This document shows positions 33,040-39,890 of a DNA stretch of 64,000 nucleotides, piece by piece. The notes beneath the pieces were generated by a model that did not search any database, was not told the DNA's origin, and worked only from the letters and a program-made list of their open reading frames with translations. The translations under genes and the position numbers were made by a program. The stretch's first letter is position 1, and each line of letters starts with the position of its first letter. This DNA comes from Patescibacteria group bacterium. Lineage in GTDB: Bacteria; Patescibacteriota; Patescibacteriia; Buchananbacterales; UBA6539. The stretch lies in contig JBAZMQ010000002.1 in assembly GCA_041649675.1 (NCBI GenBank), positions 1,920-65,919 on the forward strand, in the 5' to 3' direction.

Positions 33040-33125
33040 GGCCGGCGGGATTTGTTCCGATGTAAAATCGGAATCCCGACTTCACGTCGGGAAACTCCCG
33101 CCTTCGCTGTGCGCTACGGCGGGCA
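33040..33125. repeat. Cluster of three G+C-rich hairpins immediately 3' of tRNA-Pro
   Basis: Hairpins: TTCCGATGTAAAATCGGAA, CCCGAC-TTCAC-GTCGGG, CCCGCC-N15-GGCGGG. Related cores occur at 50360 and in the hairpins at 33262 and 63676. Confidence 0.6.
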
Positions 33126-33148
33126 AGCCTGCACTATAATAAAAAATT

Positions 33149-33224
33149 TGGTCGGGGTAGTGGGATTTGAACCCACGGCCTCACGCACCCCATGCGTGCA
33201 CGCTACCAACTGCGCTATACCCCG
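33149..33224 (-). tRNA. tRNA-Pro (anticodon GGG)
   Basis: Manual fold of 76 nt: 7-bp acceptor stem with C1:G72 and A73 (the bacterial tRNA-Pro identity); D arm GCGC/GCGT; anticodon loop AT-GGG-GT; T arm GTGGG-TTCAAAT-CCCAC; CCA encoded. Confidence 0.8.
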
Positions 33225-33261
33225 ACCAAATTTTCTAAGATTTTTTATAGTACACCTTTAC

Positions 33262-33298
33262 CCGCCAAAGCTTTAGCGGAGCGAGAGCGTAGGCGGGC
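33262..33298. repeat. G+C-rich hairpin CCCGCC...AGCGAGAGCGTAGGCGGG (same family as 63676)
   Basis: Shares AGCGAGAGCGTAGGCGGG with the hairpin at 63676-63716; sits 5' of tRNA-Pro. Confidence 0.55.
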
Positions 33299-33607
33299 CC
33301 GTATATTCTATCTTATCGTTAAAAAAACAAACCTGCAAGATCTCAGGTTTCCAGAAAAATTACGGAACTTCACAAGACTGGTCAAAGGTTTTGGCTTAAG
33401 TTCAGCCGGCCGTGTCAGTAATCCGGGCGGGAAAGACATAAAAGAAATACATCTTATCGCCCAATTAACTGCTTTTGACCTTTTTGGGCTCGCAGATTAT
33501 AGCTTAAAGCTAAAATCAATTTAGATACCCTACTAAAATAGTTTGTCCCAAAACTTTAACCATCGGTGAAGTTCATTTTTATTTTAACATTTAACCAATT
33601 TTTGGTC

Positions 33608-33640
33608 AAAAAAAGAAGCCCAAAAGGAAACCTTTTGGGC
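33608..33640 (-). terminator. Intrinsic terminator after the DAHP synthase gene
   Basis: GCCCAAAAGG-AAA-CCTTTTGGGC flanked by A/T runs (bidirectional design). Confidence 0.7.
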
Positions 33641-33672
33641 TGATTAAAAACGACTGAATCAAAGATCAAGAT

Positions 33673-34794
33673 CTAGGCCTGTTGGCCTCTGTGAGCATTG
33701 TGCTCAGTAATCATGGTAATCAGTTCCGGCACTCGCTCAAGCGGGATTGCCTGATCCTTGTCGCACAAAGCCTCTGCCGGCTTAACGTGAGTTTCAACCA
33801 TGACCACGTCGGGCGAATGCTTTAAGCCGTTCTGTAAATCCTCAAAGACCAGGTCTACCCGACCGGCCATATGAGAAGGGTCAAGACAAACCGGTGCCCA
33901 AGAACGACTGTGCAGCTCGTTGATCCAGGAAAAATTCGGATAGAACCGATGCGGATCATGAGTGTCGACCTTTCTTAAACCGCGAACACAAAAGATGATC
34001 TTTTGGTTGCCCGAAGGAGCACTCTTCTCGGGATCCAATCTCCCATCCTCGTCCCAAAACATCGGACCGTACAAAACCCACCCGGCCAAATCCATGAGTT
34101 CGTCAATTCGCGTCATCGTGAGGCCATGCTTGATCATAACGACAAACTCTTTCTGAAGACCAAGAGCCTCCAGCAAGCAATAGTTCTGGGTTCGGGCTCC
34201 AACCCAAAGGACTATGTCGCCTCTGTAGCTTGTACGATCACGGCACCGGCGGACAATTTCGATATCCGGACTTTCCATCACCTCCATCCAAACTGATCTC
34301 ACGTCATTGGCCGCTGCCGCCCGTAAAAAGTTTTCCAAGCCGGCCTCACCAAAACCCCGAAAACCTTCGGCCTTAGAACGCGGCTTTTTCCAGCCACCCC
34401 GAAGATCTTGGACTCCCAATTTGACCAAACCTTGAACTGTTAAACCAATGTGCTTATCAATGGCACATTGACCGGCAACCAAACGACACGGCTGGCCGGG
34501 ACCAATTAATGACCCACCAACCTCAATGAGATGATGATCACCGCCATTACGCAAGGGACTGACCTGAGACGGCGAAACCCGCAGCACCCGTTCCACGCCA
34601 TCCATCTGGAAAACGTGTTCGGGAATACTGTTGGCCTGCGCCTTACCATCTTTGAGATGGATTAAAACGGCGATAAAATGGACACCAGCCTCAGCTTGAA
34701 CTTGTGGACTAAGGCCGTAGAGAATAGCCTTTTGAACAATGGCTTCGACCCGCGAATCAGTTGCCTGAACGCCGGTAATCATTTGGATAATCAT
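33673..34794 (-). CDS. 3-deoxy-7-phosphoheptulonate (DAHP) synthase, type I-beta with N-terminal regulatory domain
   Basis: RGGWKKPRS...F.G.G, LDPSHMAGR, VMVETH motifs. ~90-aa N-terminal extension before the TIM barrel. RBS GGAGGAAG. Confidence 0.75.
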   Translation of the reverse strand: MIIQMITGVQATDSRVEAIVQKAILYGLSPQVQAEAGVHFIAVLIHLKDGKAQANSIPEHVFQMDGVERVLRVSPSQVSPLRNGGDHHLIEVGGSLIGPGQPCRLVAGQCAIDKHIGLTVQGLVKLGVQDLRGGWKKPRSKAEGFRGFGEAGLENFLRAAAANDVRSVWMEVMESPDIEIVRRCRDRTSYRGDIVLWVGARTQNYCLLEALGLQKEFVVMIKHGLTMTRIDELMDLAGWVLYGPMFWDEDGRLDPEKSAPSGNQKIIFCVRGLRKVDTHDPHRFYPNFSWINELHSRSWAPVCLDPSHMAGRVDLVFEDLQNGLKHSPDVVMVETHVKPAEALCDKDQAIPLERVPELITMITEHNAHRGQQA

Positions 34795-34843
34795 GATACT
34801 CTTCCTCCATTACTTCGTTTCTGCCTTTTGTTTATTCTTCGCA

Positions 34844-36052
34844 CTAGTCCCTGTTCCGAATAATCGGGTAGGAACCAATCACAACAACATTAATCGCAAT
34901 CTTCTTTAGCGCCCAAATCGCTAAGCGTAGCCGCCGACTTTTTTTAATGTGTCCGGCCGCATCGATAAAGAAGACATAGTCACCGAGTTGCTTCTTGGCT
35001 GTCCAAGAAACAATCATTCCCAGGTTCACACCTAAAAGCCAAAAGGGCAATAGCGACCACATCAAACCGCCCGGCTTGTTTGGCGCTTTGAAAAAAATCG
35101 TGGTTTGATCATTACCATTGGGTTTAGGTGCATCTGCACCCAGAATTAAAAACCGTGTGACATTTGTACTGGCTGGCAAATCACCGATATCGGCTAGAAT
35201 GACTTCAAGTCTATCATACTCAGTTGCGGCTTCAGGTGAAGCAATGGCCGCAAGATCATTTTGATCAGATTCGGCAACCATTTTAGCCGCTGCCGCCGTA
35301 CTGGGTGCGTCAATAATTTCCCACTCAGGATGTTGAGCCAAAATTCTTTCGCACTGCCCGCGAGGCTGATGGTGAGTAACTACCGACTTGATATCTTCTA
35401 AGCACGCGCCGGCTTTGCCAAGCAACATGTGCTTAATTGGAATTTCAACTTGGCAAACAATTCGCAATCGTAAATTAGTCGCGGCATTGACAACAAAGAA
35501 ATTCACAGTCGGATAGACAAAAGCGCCGGCGGCATTTTCAAACGGTGCCACAATCATCTCGATTAAACCTTGACCAAAGGCTTCAAGCAATTCCGGAATC
35601 GATGTGTATAGCACCAATTCATAATCATTCGGCTCCAGACCTTTGTAAGCGAAATAGCGCCTAGCGGCACTAACTGAAAAGGTACCAGCCGGCCCTAAGC
35701 AACCAAGCTTTATTTTTTGCGTTTGCATTACTGTTTCTCCCGTAAATTCCTGTTTTGACTTATCGTCAACCGAAGGTAATGGTACTTCCGGCCTTAACTT
35801 ACAAACAATTCCTAAGACCACCTGGCCCCAAAAATCAAAGGGACACTCCCCTTTGCCGCGTGGATGAACATAGACGCAACCGACGTCAACGCAACCGCCC
35901 TTCAACCGAGACTTACTTCGTAACTGACAGTGAGTCAGGTAAGGTACCAAGCCAATCCATACAAATTCAATCACTTGTACGGTTTGACGAGGACAGACTA
36001 TCTCTTGCGTCGAGCCAGGCCTTATTTCGTCAATACTGACTACTCTTGCCAT
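34844..36052 (-). CDS. pheA: Prephenate dehydratase (PDT + ACT). The PDT domain begins at MQTQKIKLGCLGP (start 35728); the ORF is open for a further 108 Cys-rich codons upstream to an ATG at 36052
   Basis: PDT motifs LGPAGTFS and ACT-like C-terminus. A tiny uORF (MRFITT) with a strong SD ends 13 nt before 36052; GGGAG lies 9 nt before 35728. Start is uncertain. Confidence 0.75.
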   Translation of the reverse strand: MARVVSIDEIRPGSTQEIVCPRQTVQVIEFVWIGLVPYLTHCQLRSKSRLKGGCVDVGCVYVHPRGKGECPFDFWGQVVLGIVCKLRPEVPLPSVDDKSKQEFTGETVMQTQKIKLGCLGPAGTFSVSAARRYFAYKGLEPNDYELVLYTSIPELLEAFGQGLIEMIVAPFENAAGAFVYPTVNFFVVNAATNLRLRIVCQVEIPIKHMLLGKAGACLEDIKSVVTHHQPRGQCERILAQHPEWEIIDAPSTAAAAKMVAESDQNDLAAIASPEAATEYDRLEVILADIGDLPASTNVTRFLILGADAPKPNGNDQTTIFFKAPNKPGGLMWSLLPFWLLGVNLGMIVSWTAKKQLGDYVFFIDAAGHIKKSRRLRLAIWALKKIAINVVVIGSYPIIRNRD

Positions 36053-36154
36053 AACCGTATCCTTTTTTAAGTTGTAATGAACCTCATGAGCAATCCTCCT
36101 TACTACCCAATTTCTAACCCCAAAATAATCAGGGACAAATATTGAGTAATAAAC

Positions 36155-36185
36155 AAAAAAACTGACCCTTAATTGGTAATCAGTT
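36155..36185 (-). terminator. Attenuator terminator of the aromatic leader (ACUGAUU-loop-GGUCAGU + U7)
   Basis: Stem plus U7 ~50 nt after the leader-peptide stop. Its 5' arm can instead pair with GUCAGUUGG at the leader's end (antiterminator). Confidence 0.6.
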
Positions 36186-36240
36186 GATTGCTTGTTTTGA
36201 GTTTTTTGCCCTATTTTTTTGCTATACCCAAACCAACTGA

Positions 36241-36300
36241 CTACCGGTCAGTAAAATAGAAACCGAAATAATACCAGTTGTTGGTTTGCAATCTTGTCAT
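36241..36300 (-). CDS. Leader peptide MTRLQTNNWYYFGFYFTDR (aromatic-rich) for pheA-DAHPS
   Basis: 7 of 8 consecutive codons are Trp/Tyr/Phe. The stop codon sits in the loop of hairpin ACUGAC-CGGUA-GUCAGU (36236-36252). Confidence 0.65.
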   Translation of the reverse strand: MTRLQTNNWYYFGFYFTDR

Positions 36301-36311
36301 AGGATATTTGT

Positions 36312-36340
36312 AGATTAACGTAATTCTTCAAATTTGTCAA
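36312..36340 (-). promoter_or_regulatory. Promoter TTGACA-N17-TAATCT driving the aromatic leader (near-leaderless)
   Basis: Same architecture as the other four modules: -35 TTGACA, -10 TAAnnT-like, ~10 nt to the ATG. Confidence 0.5.
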
Positions 36341-36349
36341 ATATCCAAT

Positions 36350-36383
36350 AAAAAGAAGCCCTAAATCATTTGACTTAGGGCTT
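36350..36383 (-). terminator. Intrinsic terminator after proB
   Basis: AAGCCCTAA-N-TTAGGGCTT + T run; abuts the -35 of the next module. Confidence 0.65.
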
Positions 36384-37127
36384 TTGGGCTAGAAAAGTGG
36401 TTCCGGGAGTACGGCCAGGGCCAAGGATCTTAGTGATGACATTTGGCTTACTGCCTTTGGCCAGATGAACGGTAATACCGGCCCTGGTAGCTTTTTCAGC
36501 GGCGATAAGCTTACTACCCATACCATTACGGTTAGAAACTTTCACACCTTCCACGCCGGCTAAGGCCTTGATGGCATCGTCAATTACCGGAACAATCGAA
36601 ATTACTTTGAGCTTACGGTTCTGAAGTCCATCAACGTCGGAAAGTAAAATCAACTTACTGGCGCCAATACCAATGGCAACAATCGCGGCCAAAGCATCGT
36701 TATCTCCCTGATGCTCCATCGCCTTAATTTCCAAAGCGGAAACCGAATCATTCTCGTTAAGAACCGGAACAATTCCGATTTCCAGTTCCCGCCGAATTAA
36801 AGCAATTGTCTTTGGGTGTTTGAAGTCTTGATGTGTCCCCTGTATCTGACTGGCAATCAACCCCCGTTTGCGAAAAGCTTCAATCCAATAAGCCATCAGC
36901 TTTGGTTGGCCAACAGATGCTGCCACCTGTTTATCAATGATTTTTTCTCCGCCCGCGACACCATTACCACAGGCAACCGCGCCTGAAGTCACAATAACGG
37001 GCCAATAGCCTTGCTGACGCAAACTGGCAATCTGTCTGGCTAACGCCCTCAAAATTCTCCTTTTGATCTTGCCGTTTTCGTCCACCAACACATTGGTTCC
37101 AATTTTAATGACCACTATCTTTTCCAA
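36375..37127 (-). CDS. proB: Glutamate 5-kinase (no PUA domain); probable TTG start at 37127 after GGAGGA
   Basis: IVPVLNENDSVSALEIKAMEHQGDNDALAAIVAIGIGASKLILLSDVDGL matches the ProB core. The ORF-track extension to 37208 runs through the attenuator terminator. Confidence 0.75.
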   Translation of the reverse strand: MEKIVVIKIGTNVLVDENGKIKRRILRALARQIASLRQQGYWPVIVTSGAVACGNGVAGGEKIIDKQVAASVGQPKLMAYWIEAFRKRGLIASQIQGTHQDFKHPKTIALIRRELEIGIVPVLNENDSVSALEIKAMEHQGDNDALAAIVAIGIGASKLILLSDVDGLQNRKLKVISIVPVIDDAIKALAGVEGVKVSNRNGMGSKLIAAEKATRAGITVHLAKGSKPNVITKILGPGRTPGTTFLAQKP

Positions 37128-37156
37128 AAGAGCATCCTCCTTTCGTTTGGTTAAAC

Positions 37157-37181
37157 AAAAAACAGCCCGGAAGTTGGGGCT
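37157..37181 (-). terminator. Attenuator terminator of the proline leader (AGCCC-loop-GGGCU + U6)
   Basis: The loop and 5' arm CCCCAACUUCC are perfectly complementary (11 nt) to GGAAGUUGGGG at 37212-37221, just after the leader stop (antiterminator). Confidence 0.6.
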
Positions 37182-37220
37182 ATTCTCTATCTTTTTATTA
37201 CAGCGCAAAAACCCAACTTC

Positions 37221-37271
37221 CTAAGGCAAAGTTGGTGGGACTGGTAAAGTTGAGTTAAAGCGTTTGTTCAT
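37221..37271 (-). CDS. Leader peptide MNKRFNSTLPVPPTLP (Pro-rich) for proB
   Basis: 4 Pro in the last 8 codons; the ATG is 6 nt after the -10. Confidence 0.6.
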   Translation of the reverse strand: MNKRFNSTLPVPPTLP

Positions 37272-37277
37272 ATCAAT

Positions 37278-37305
37278 ATCTTAGCAGATTTAAAAAATTT
37301 GTCAA
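37278..37305 (-). promoter_or_regulatory. Promoter TTGACA-N16-TAAGAT for the proline leader
   Basis: Sequence match; the -35 directly abuts the upstream terminator. Confidence 0.5.
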
Positions 37306-37335
37306 AAAGAAAAGGATTAAGCAAAGCTTAATCCT
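37306..37335 (-). terminator. Intrinsic terminator after leuA-like gene 1
   Basis: AGGATTAAGC-AAA-GCTTAATCCT + U-rich run. Confidence 0.65.
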
Positions 37336-37360
37336 TAAAATACAAAGAACACGAACAATC

Positions 37361-38929
37361 TTACTCGGCTTTAACCGTTGGGATCGGCGCATGCGCCAAA
37401 TGGTTTAGAGCGGCTACCATGGCCTGAACGCAAGCCTCAATAATGTCAGTATTAGCACCGCGACCAAAAGCAACCTGGCCATCATGAGCGATTTTGATCA
37501 TCGCCAACCCCAAAGCTTCCACGCCACCAGTGCTTTTACCAACATCAAAGTCTTCCAAAACAACTTCACCGGGCCAGAGATCACCGCGGACTAATGCTGT
37601 CTTAACCGCCTGCCAAACCGATGAGACTGGTCCGTTACCGCTACCACTGGCTTCATATTCAAAACCGTTTCTGCCTAGTAGCACTGTTACCGACCGTACA
37701 TTATCCAACCGATGATACTGGACTCGCTTGACTGTCAACAAATGCTGACTCTGAGCCGATGTGGCCACACAAGCTTCCTGCATCAACATATGTAAGTCAG
37801 CATTGTGAACTAAGGCCTTGGTTTCGGCCAACTGCAGAAAAAGCCGGTAAACTTCGTTTAACAAGTCGCCTTCAGCCTGATAACCAAGTTGATCCAAACG
37901 AGTCTGCAAGCCTTTGCGACCGGAACTGGTGCTAAGCGGAAAAGACTCACCAACCCAACCAACGCTTTGAGGCGGCATGATCTCGTAGGTATTGGCATGC
38001 TTGATCATACCATCCTGGTGAATACCCGAAGAATGGGCAAAAACGTTGCCACCAACCACCGGGGTTGTGGGTGGAATCGGCCGTTTAATAATGGCTGCCA
38101 ACAAGCGTGCCGCTGGCCCAAACTGGGTGCTGTCAATTGGACAATCCAACCGATAATACTCAGCCTGGAGCTGCAACGCCTTTACGAATGGCTCAAAACC
38201 AGTATTACCCGCTCGTTCACCAATACCGCAAATCGTGGTCTCGGCTTGCCGGGCACCATTCATGACCGCTGCCAACGAATTGGCAACAGCTAACGCTAAA
38301 TCATTATGGCAGTGACAAGATAGGATAATCCTCTTTTCTACCACTTCACGTAGCGCTGCGATTTGGGCAAACATCGAACCATACTGTTGAGGTTGAGCAA
38401 ACCCAACGGTATCAGGCAAGTTGATTATACCGGCGCCAGCCTCAATTACTGCTAAAACGATTTCCTTCAAGAAACCAATATCACTGCGGCTGGCGTCTTC
38501 AGCGGAAAACTGCACCTGACCAACATGGGCAAAGCTGCAGGCAAACTTGACCGCCTCAACTGCCCTAGTGATTACCTCGGCCGGCTTCATCTTCAGCTTG
38601 AATTCCATATGCTGCGGACTGGTAGCAATGAAGGTGTGGATGCGACCCGGCTGAATAGCATTCTGCAGCGCTTCAGCCGCACGCGCAATATCTTTTTCAT
38701 TGGCCCGGGCTAATGCTGAAATGCGAGCGCCCTGAACCTGGCCAGCCGCCAGACGCACAGCAGCAAAATCAACGTCCGAAGCAATCGGAAACCCGGCTTC
38801 AATAGTGCAAACTCCCATCTTGGCGAGTTGTATTGCCAAAGTGAGCCGGTCTTCGGCTGACTGGCTGCAACCCGGTGATTGGGCTCCATCTCTACAAGTC
38901 GTATCATGAATCTCAATAACCTTAACCAT
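37361..38929 (-). CDS. leuA: 2-isopropylmalate synthase (LeuA family, with C-terminal regulatory/dimerisation domain)
   Basis: N-terminus TTCRDGAQSPG; HxH metal site SCHCHNDLALAVANSLAAV; LeuA_dimer-like C-terminus; RBS AAGGAG. Confidence 0.8.
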   Translation of the reverse strand: MVKVIEIHDTTCRDGAQSPGCSQSAEDRLTLAIQLAKMGVCTIEAGFPIASDVDFAAVRLAAGQVQGARISALARANEKDIARAAEALQNAIQPGRIHTFIATSPQHMEFKLKMKPAEVITRAVEAVKFACSFAHVGQVQFSAEDASRSDIGFLKEIVLAVIEAGAGIINLPDTVGFAQPQQYGSMFAQIAALREVVEKRIILSCHCHNDLALAVANSLAAVMNGARQAETTICGIGERAGNTGFEPFVKALQLQAEYYRLDCPIDSTQFGPAARLLAAIIKRPIPPTTPVVGGNVFAHSSGIHQDGMIKHANTYEIMPPQSVGWVGESFPLSTSSGRKGLQTRLDQLGYQAEGDLLNEVYRLFLQLAETKALVHNADLHMLMQEACVATSAQSQHLLTVKRVQYHRLDNVRSVTVLLGRNGFEYEASGSGNGPVSSVWQAVKTALVRGDLWPGEVVLEDFDVGKSTGGVEALGLAMIKIAHDGQVAFGRGANTDIIEACVQAMVAALNHLAHAPIPTVKAE

Positions 38930-39043
38930 GGCGTTTACTCCTTAATGTTTCTGCCTTTTACCTCTGCCAACCGTGGCAAAAGTTTTCTTAACTAACCTAA
39001 ATTGGAAAGGACATGTCTATCCCACAAACAGCGCGAGATAAAC

Positions 39044-39068
39044 AAAAAAGCCTTCCTGAGTGGAAGAC
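39044..39068 (-). terminator. Attenuator terminator of the leucine leader (GUCUUCC-ACUCA-GGAAGGC + U6)
   Basis: Its 5' arm CUUCCAC is complementary to GGGUGGAAGG (39113-39122) inside the leader-ORF tail (antiterminator). Confidence 0.6.
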
Positions 39069-39097
39069 TGACTGGTATTTATCTAATGCTATTTTAG

Positions 39098-39184
39098 CTA
39101 GACACTAGTAAACCTTCCACCCTGGGGCTGGCTTAACAACAACAAACCTAGCAAGAGATTAGATTGGGGAAGGTTATATTTCAT
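39098..39184 (-). CDS. Leader peptide MKYNLPQSNLLLGLLLLSQPQGGRFTSV (Leu-rich) for leuA
   Basis: 7 Leu in 8 consecutive codons. The start of the ORF (ACCUUCCCC) can pair with GGGUGGAAGGU (1:2 pairing). Confidence 0.65.
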   Translation of the reverse strand: MKYNLPQSNLLLGLLLLSQPQGGRFTSV

Positions 39185-39194
39185 AGATAATAAT

Positions 39195-39223
39195 AACTTA
39201 CACTACCGGTTTAATTTTGTCAA
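39195..39223 (-). promoter_or_regulatory. Promoter TTGACA-N17-TAAGTT for the leucine leader
   Basis: Sequence match; 10 nt to the ATG. Confidence 0.5.
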
Positions 39224-39240
39224 TAATTATAGCTATTTAG

Positions 39241-39276
39241 AAAAAACCTATAGCTTCGCTTGGGCAAAGCTATAGG
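39241..39276 (-). terminator. Intrinsic terminator after the 90-aa gene
   Basis: CCTATAGCTT-N10-AAGCTATAGG + U6. Confidence 0.65.
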
Positions 39277-39305
39277 TTAGCAATTAAGGTACAATTCCTC
39301 TTTGG

Positions 39306-39578
39306 TTAGGCTAGGCCGTAGGACTCTAACACCATCTGCCGGTTAATCATCGATGGACCAACAACCGAACCGGTAAAAATCAAAACCTCTGGTCCTTGCA
39401 ATAAGGCCACAACGCGGCAAGAACCGCCAACGCCTCGGTTAAACTCAAGACAATGCTGGTCAGTAGAGCCGTTAACCCTTAACCCACCGCCTGGCCTAAC
39501 TTCAATTCTGACTCCTTCATAGATAGTAGAACTGCCCGGCCCTACCGGCACTCGTTTGGTTGGTAATGGCTTTTCCAT
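39306..39578 (-). CDS. Hypothetical 90-aa Gly-rich protein under the Val-rich leader
   Basis: Strong RBS AAGGAG; no recognisable domain; high G+C like its neighbours. Confidence 0.5.
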   Translation of the reverse strand: MEKPLPTKRVPVGPGSSTIYEGVRIEVRPGGGLRVNGSTDQHCLEFNRGVGGSCRVVALLQGPEVLIFTGSVVGPSMINRQMVLESYGLA

Positions 39579-39626
39579 AGTAATACTCCTTAGTTTGTTC
39601 TGCCTTGTTAATTTGCGGAAATAAAC

Positions 39627-39650
39627 AAAAAACTAGTCCTTTTAGACTAG
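39627..39650 (-). terminator. Attenuator terminator of the valine leader (CUAGUC-UAAAAG-GACUAG + U6)
   Basis: Regions 1-4 are CUAGUC/GACUAG/CUAGUC/GACUAG. The 1:2 hairpin (39694-39710) lies within the leader-ORF tail. Confidence 0.6.
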
Positions 39651-39677
39651 CTGGCTGTTTTGCTTTCTTGCTACTGC

Positions 39678-39755
39678 TTAAATACCAAACCACCTAGTCT
39701 TATGACTAGTTACGACTACGACAACGCTCAAGATTTGGCAAGCAATAGATTTCAT
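39678..39755 (-). CDS. Leader peptide MKSIACQILSVVVVVTSHKTRWFGI (Val-rich)
   Basis: Five consecutive Val codons (GTT GTC GTA GTC GTA). Confidence 0.6.
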   Translation of the reverse strand: MKSIACQILSVVVVVTSHKTRWFGI

Positions 39756-39761
39756 AAACTC

Positions 39762-39791
39762 AGCTTAGCAAATTCCAAAAAGACTTGTCAA
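39762..39791 (-). promoter_or_regulatory. Promoter TTGACA-N18-TAAGCT for the valine leader
   Basis: Sequence match; 6 nt to the ATG. Confidence 0.45.
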
Positions 39792-39837
39792 ATATTAGCA
39801 ATTCGTATGTGCGTATTCGTAACGCTATTTGCATACT

Positions 39838-39873
39838 AAAAAAAGACCGACTACTGAGAAACTCAATAGTCGG
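39838..39873 (-). terminator. Intrinsic terminator after LeuA/CimA-like gene 2
   Basis: GACCGACTA-N-TAGTCGGT + U6. Confidence 0.65.
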
Positions 39874-39890
39874 TTTGAAATCAAAGGACA

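Noticed and set aside
33052-33276. Plus-strand ORFs 33052..33276 and 33192..33524 from the ORF track
   Set aside because: They overlap tRNA-Pro and the flanking G+C hairpins. They are open only because of local G+C richness, with no RBS.
35755-36039. 94-aa plus-strand ORF and the many other plus-strand ORFs inside the 33.6-41.5 kb island (37494, 37889, 38525, 40245, 40494, 41059 etc.)
   Set aside because: They are antisense to well-supported enzymes; high G+C depletes stop codons.
36375-37208. ORF-track start of proB at 37208 (TTG) and of glnA at 54276, the giant protein at 31158, ndk at 42975, ogt at 59681
   Set aside because: Each over-extension runs through a promoter or terminator, or overlaps the upstream gene. 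Internal starts with RBS and conserved N-termini were preferred.
38930-39300. T-box riboswitch upstream of the LeuA-family genes (GGGTGGAAG resembles the T-box AGGGTGG core)
   Set aside because: There is no ACCGCG continuation, no specifier-loop / stem I architecture, and the leaders are too short. A translated Leu- or Ile-run ORF spanning the element explains the antiterminator instead.
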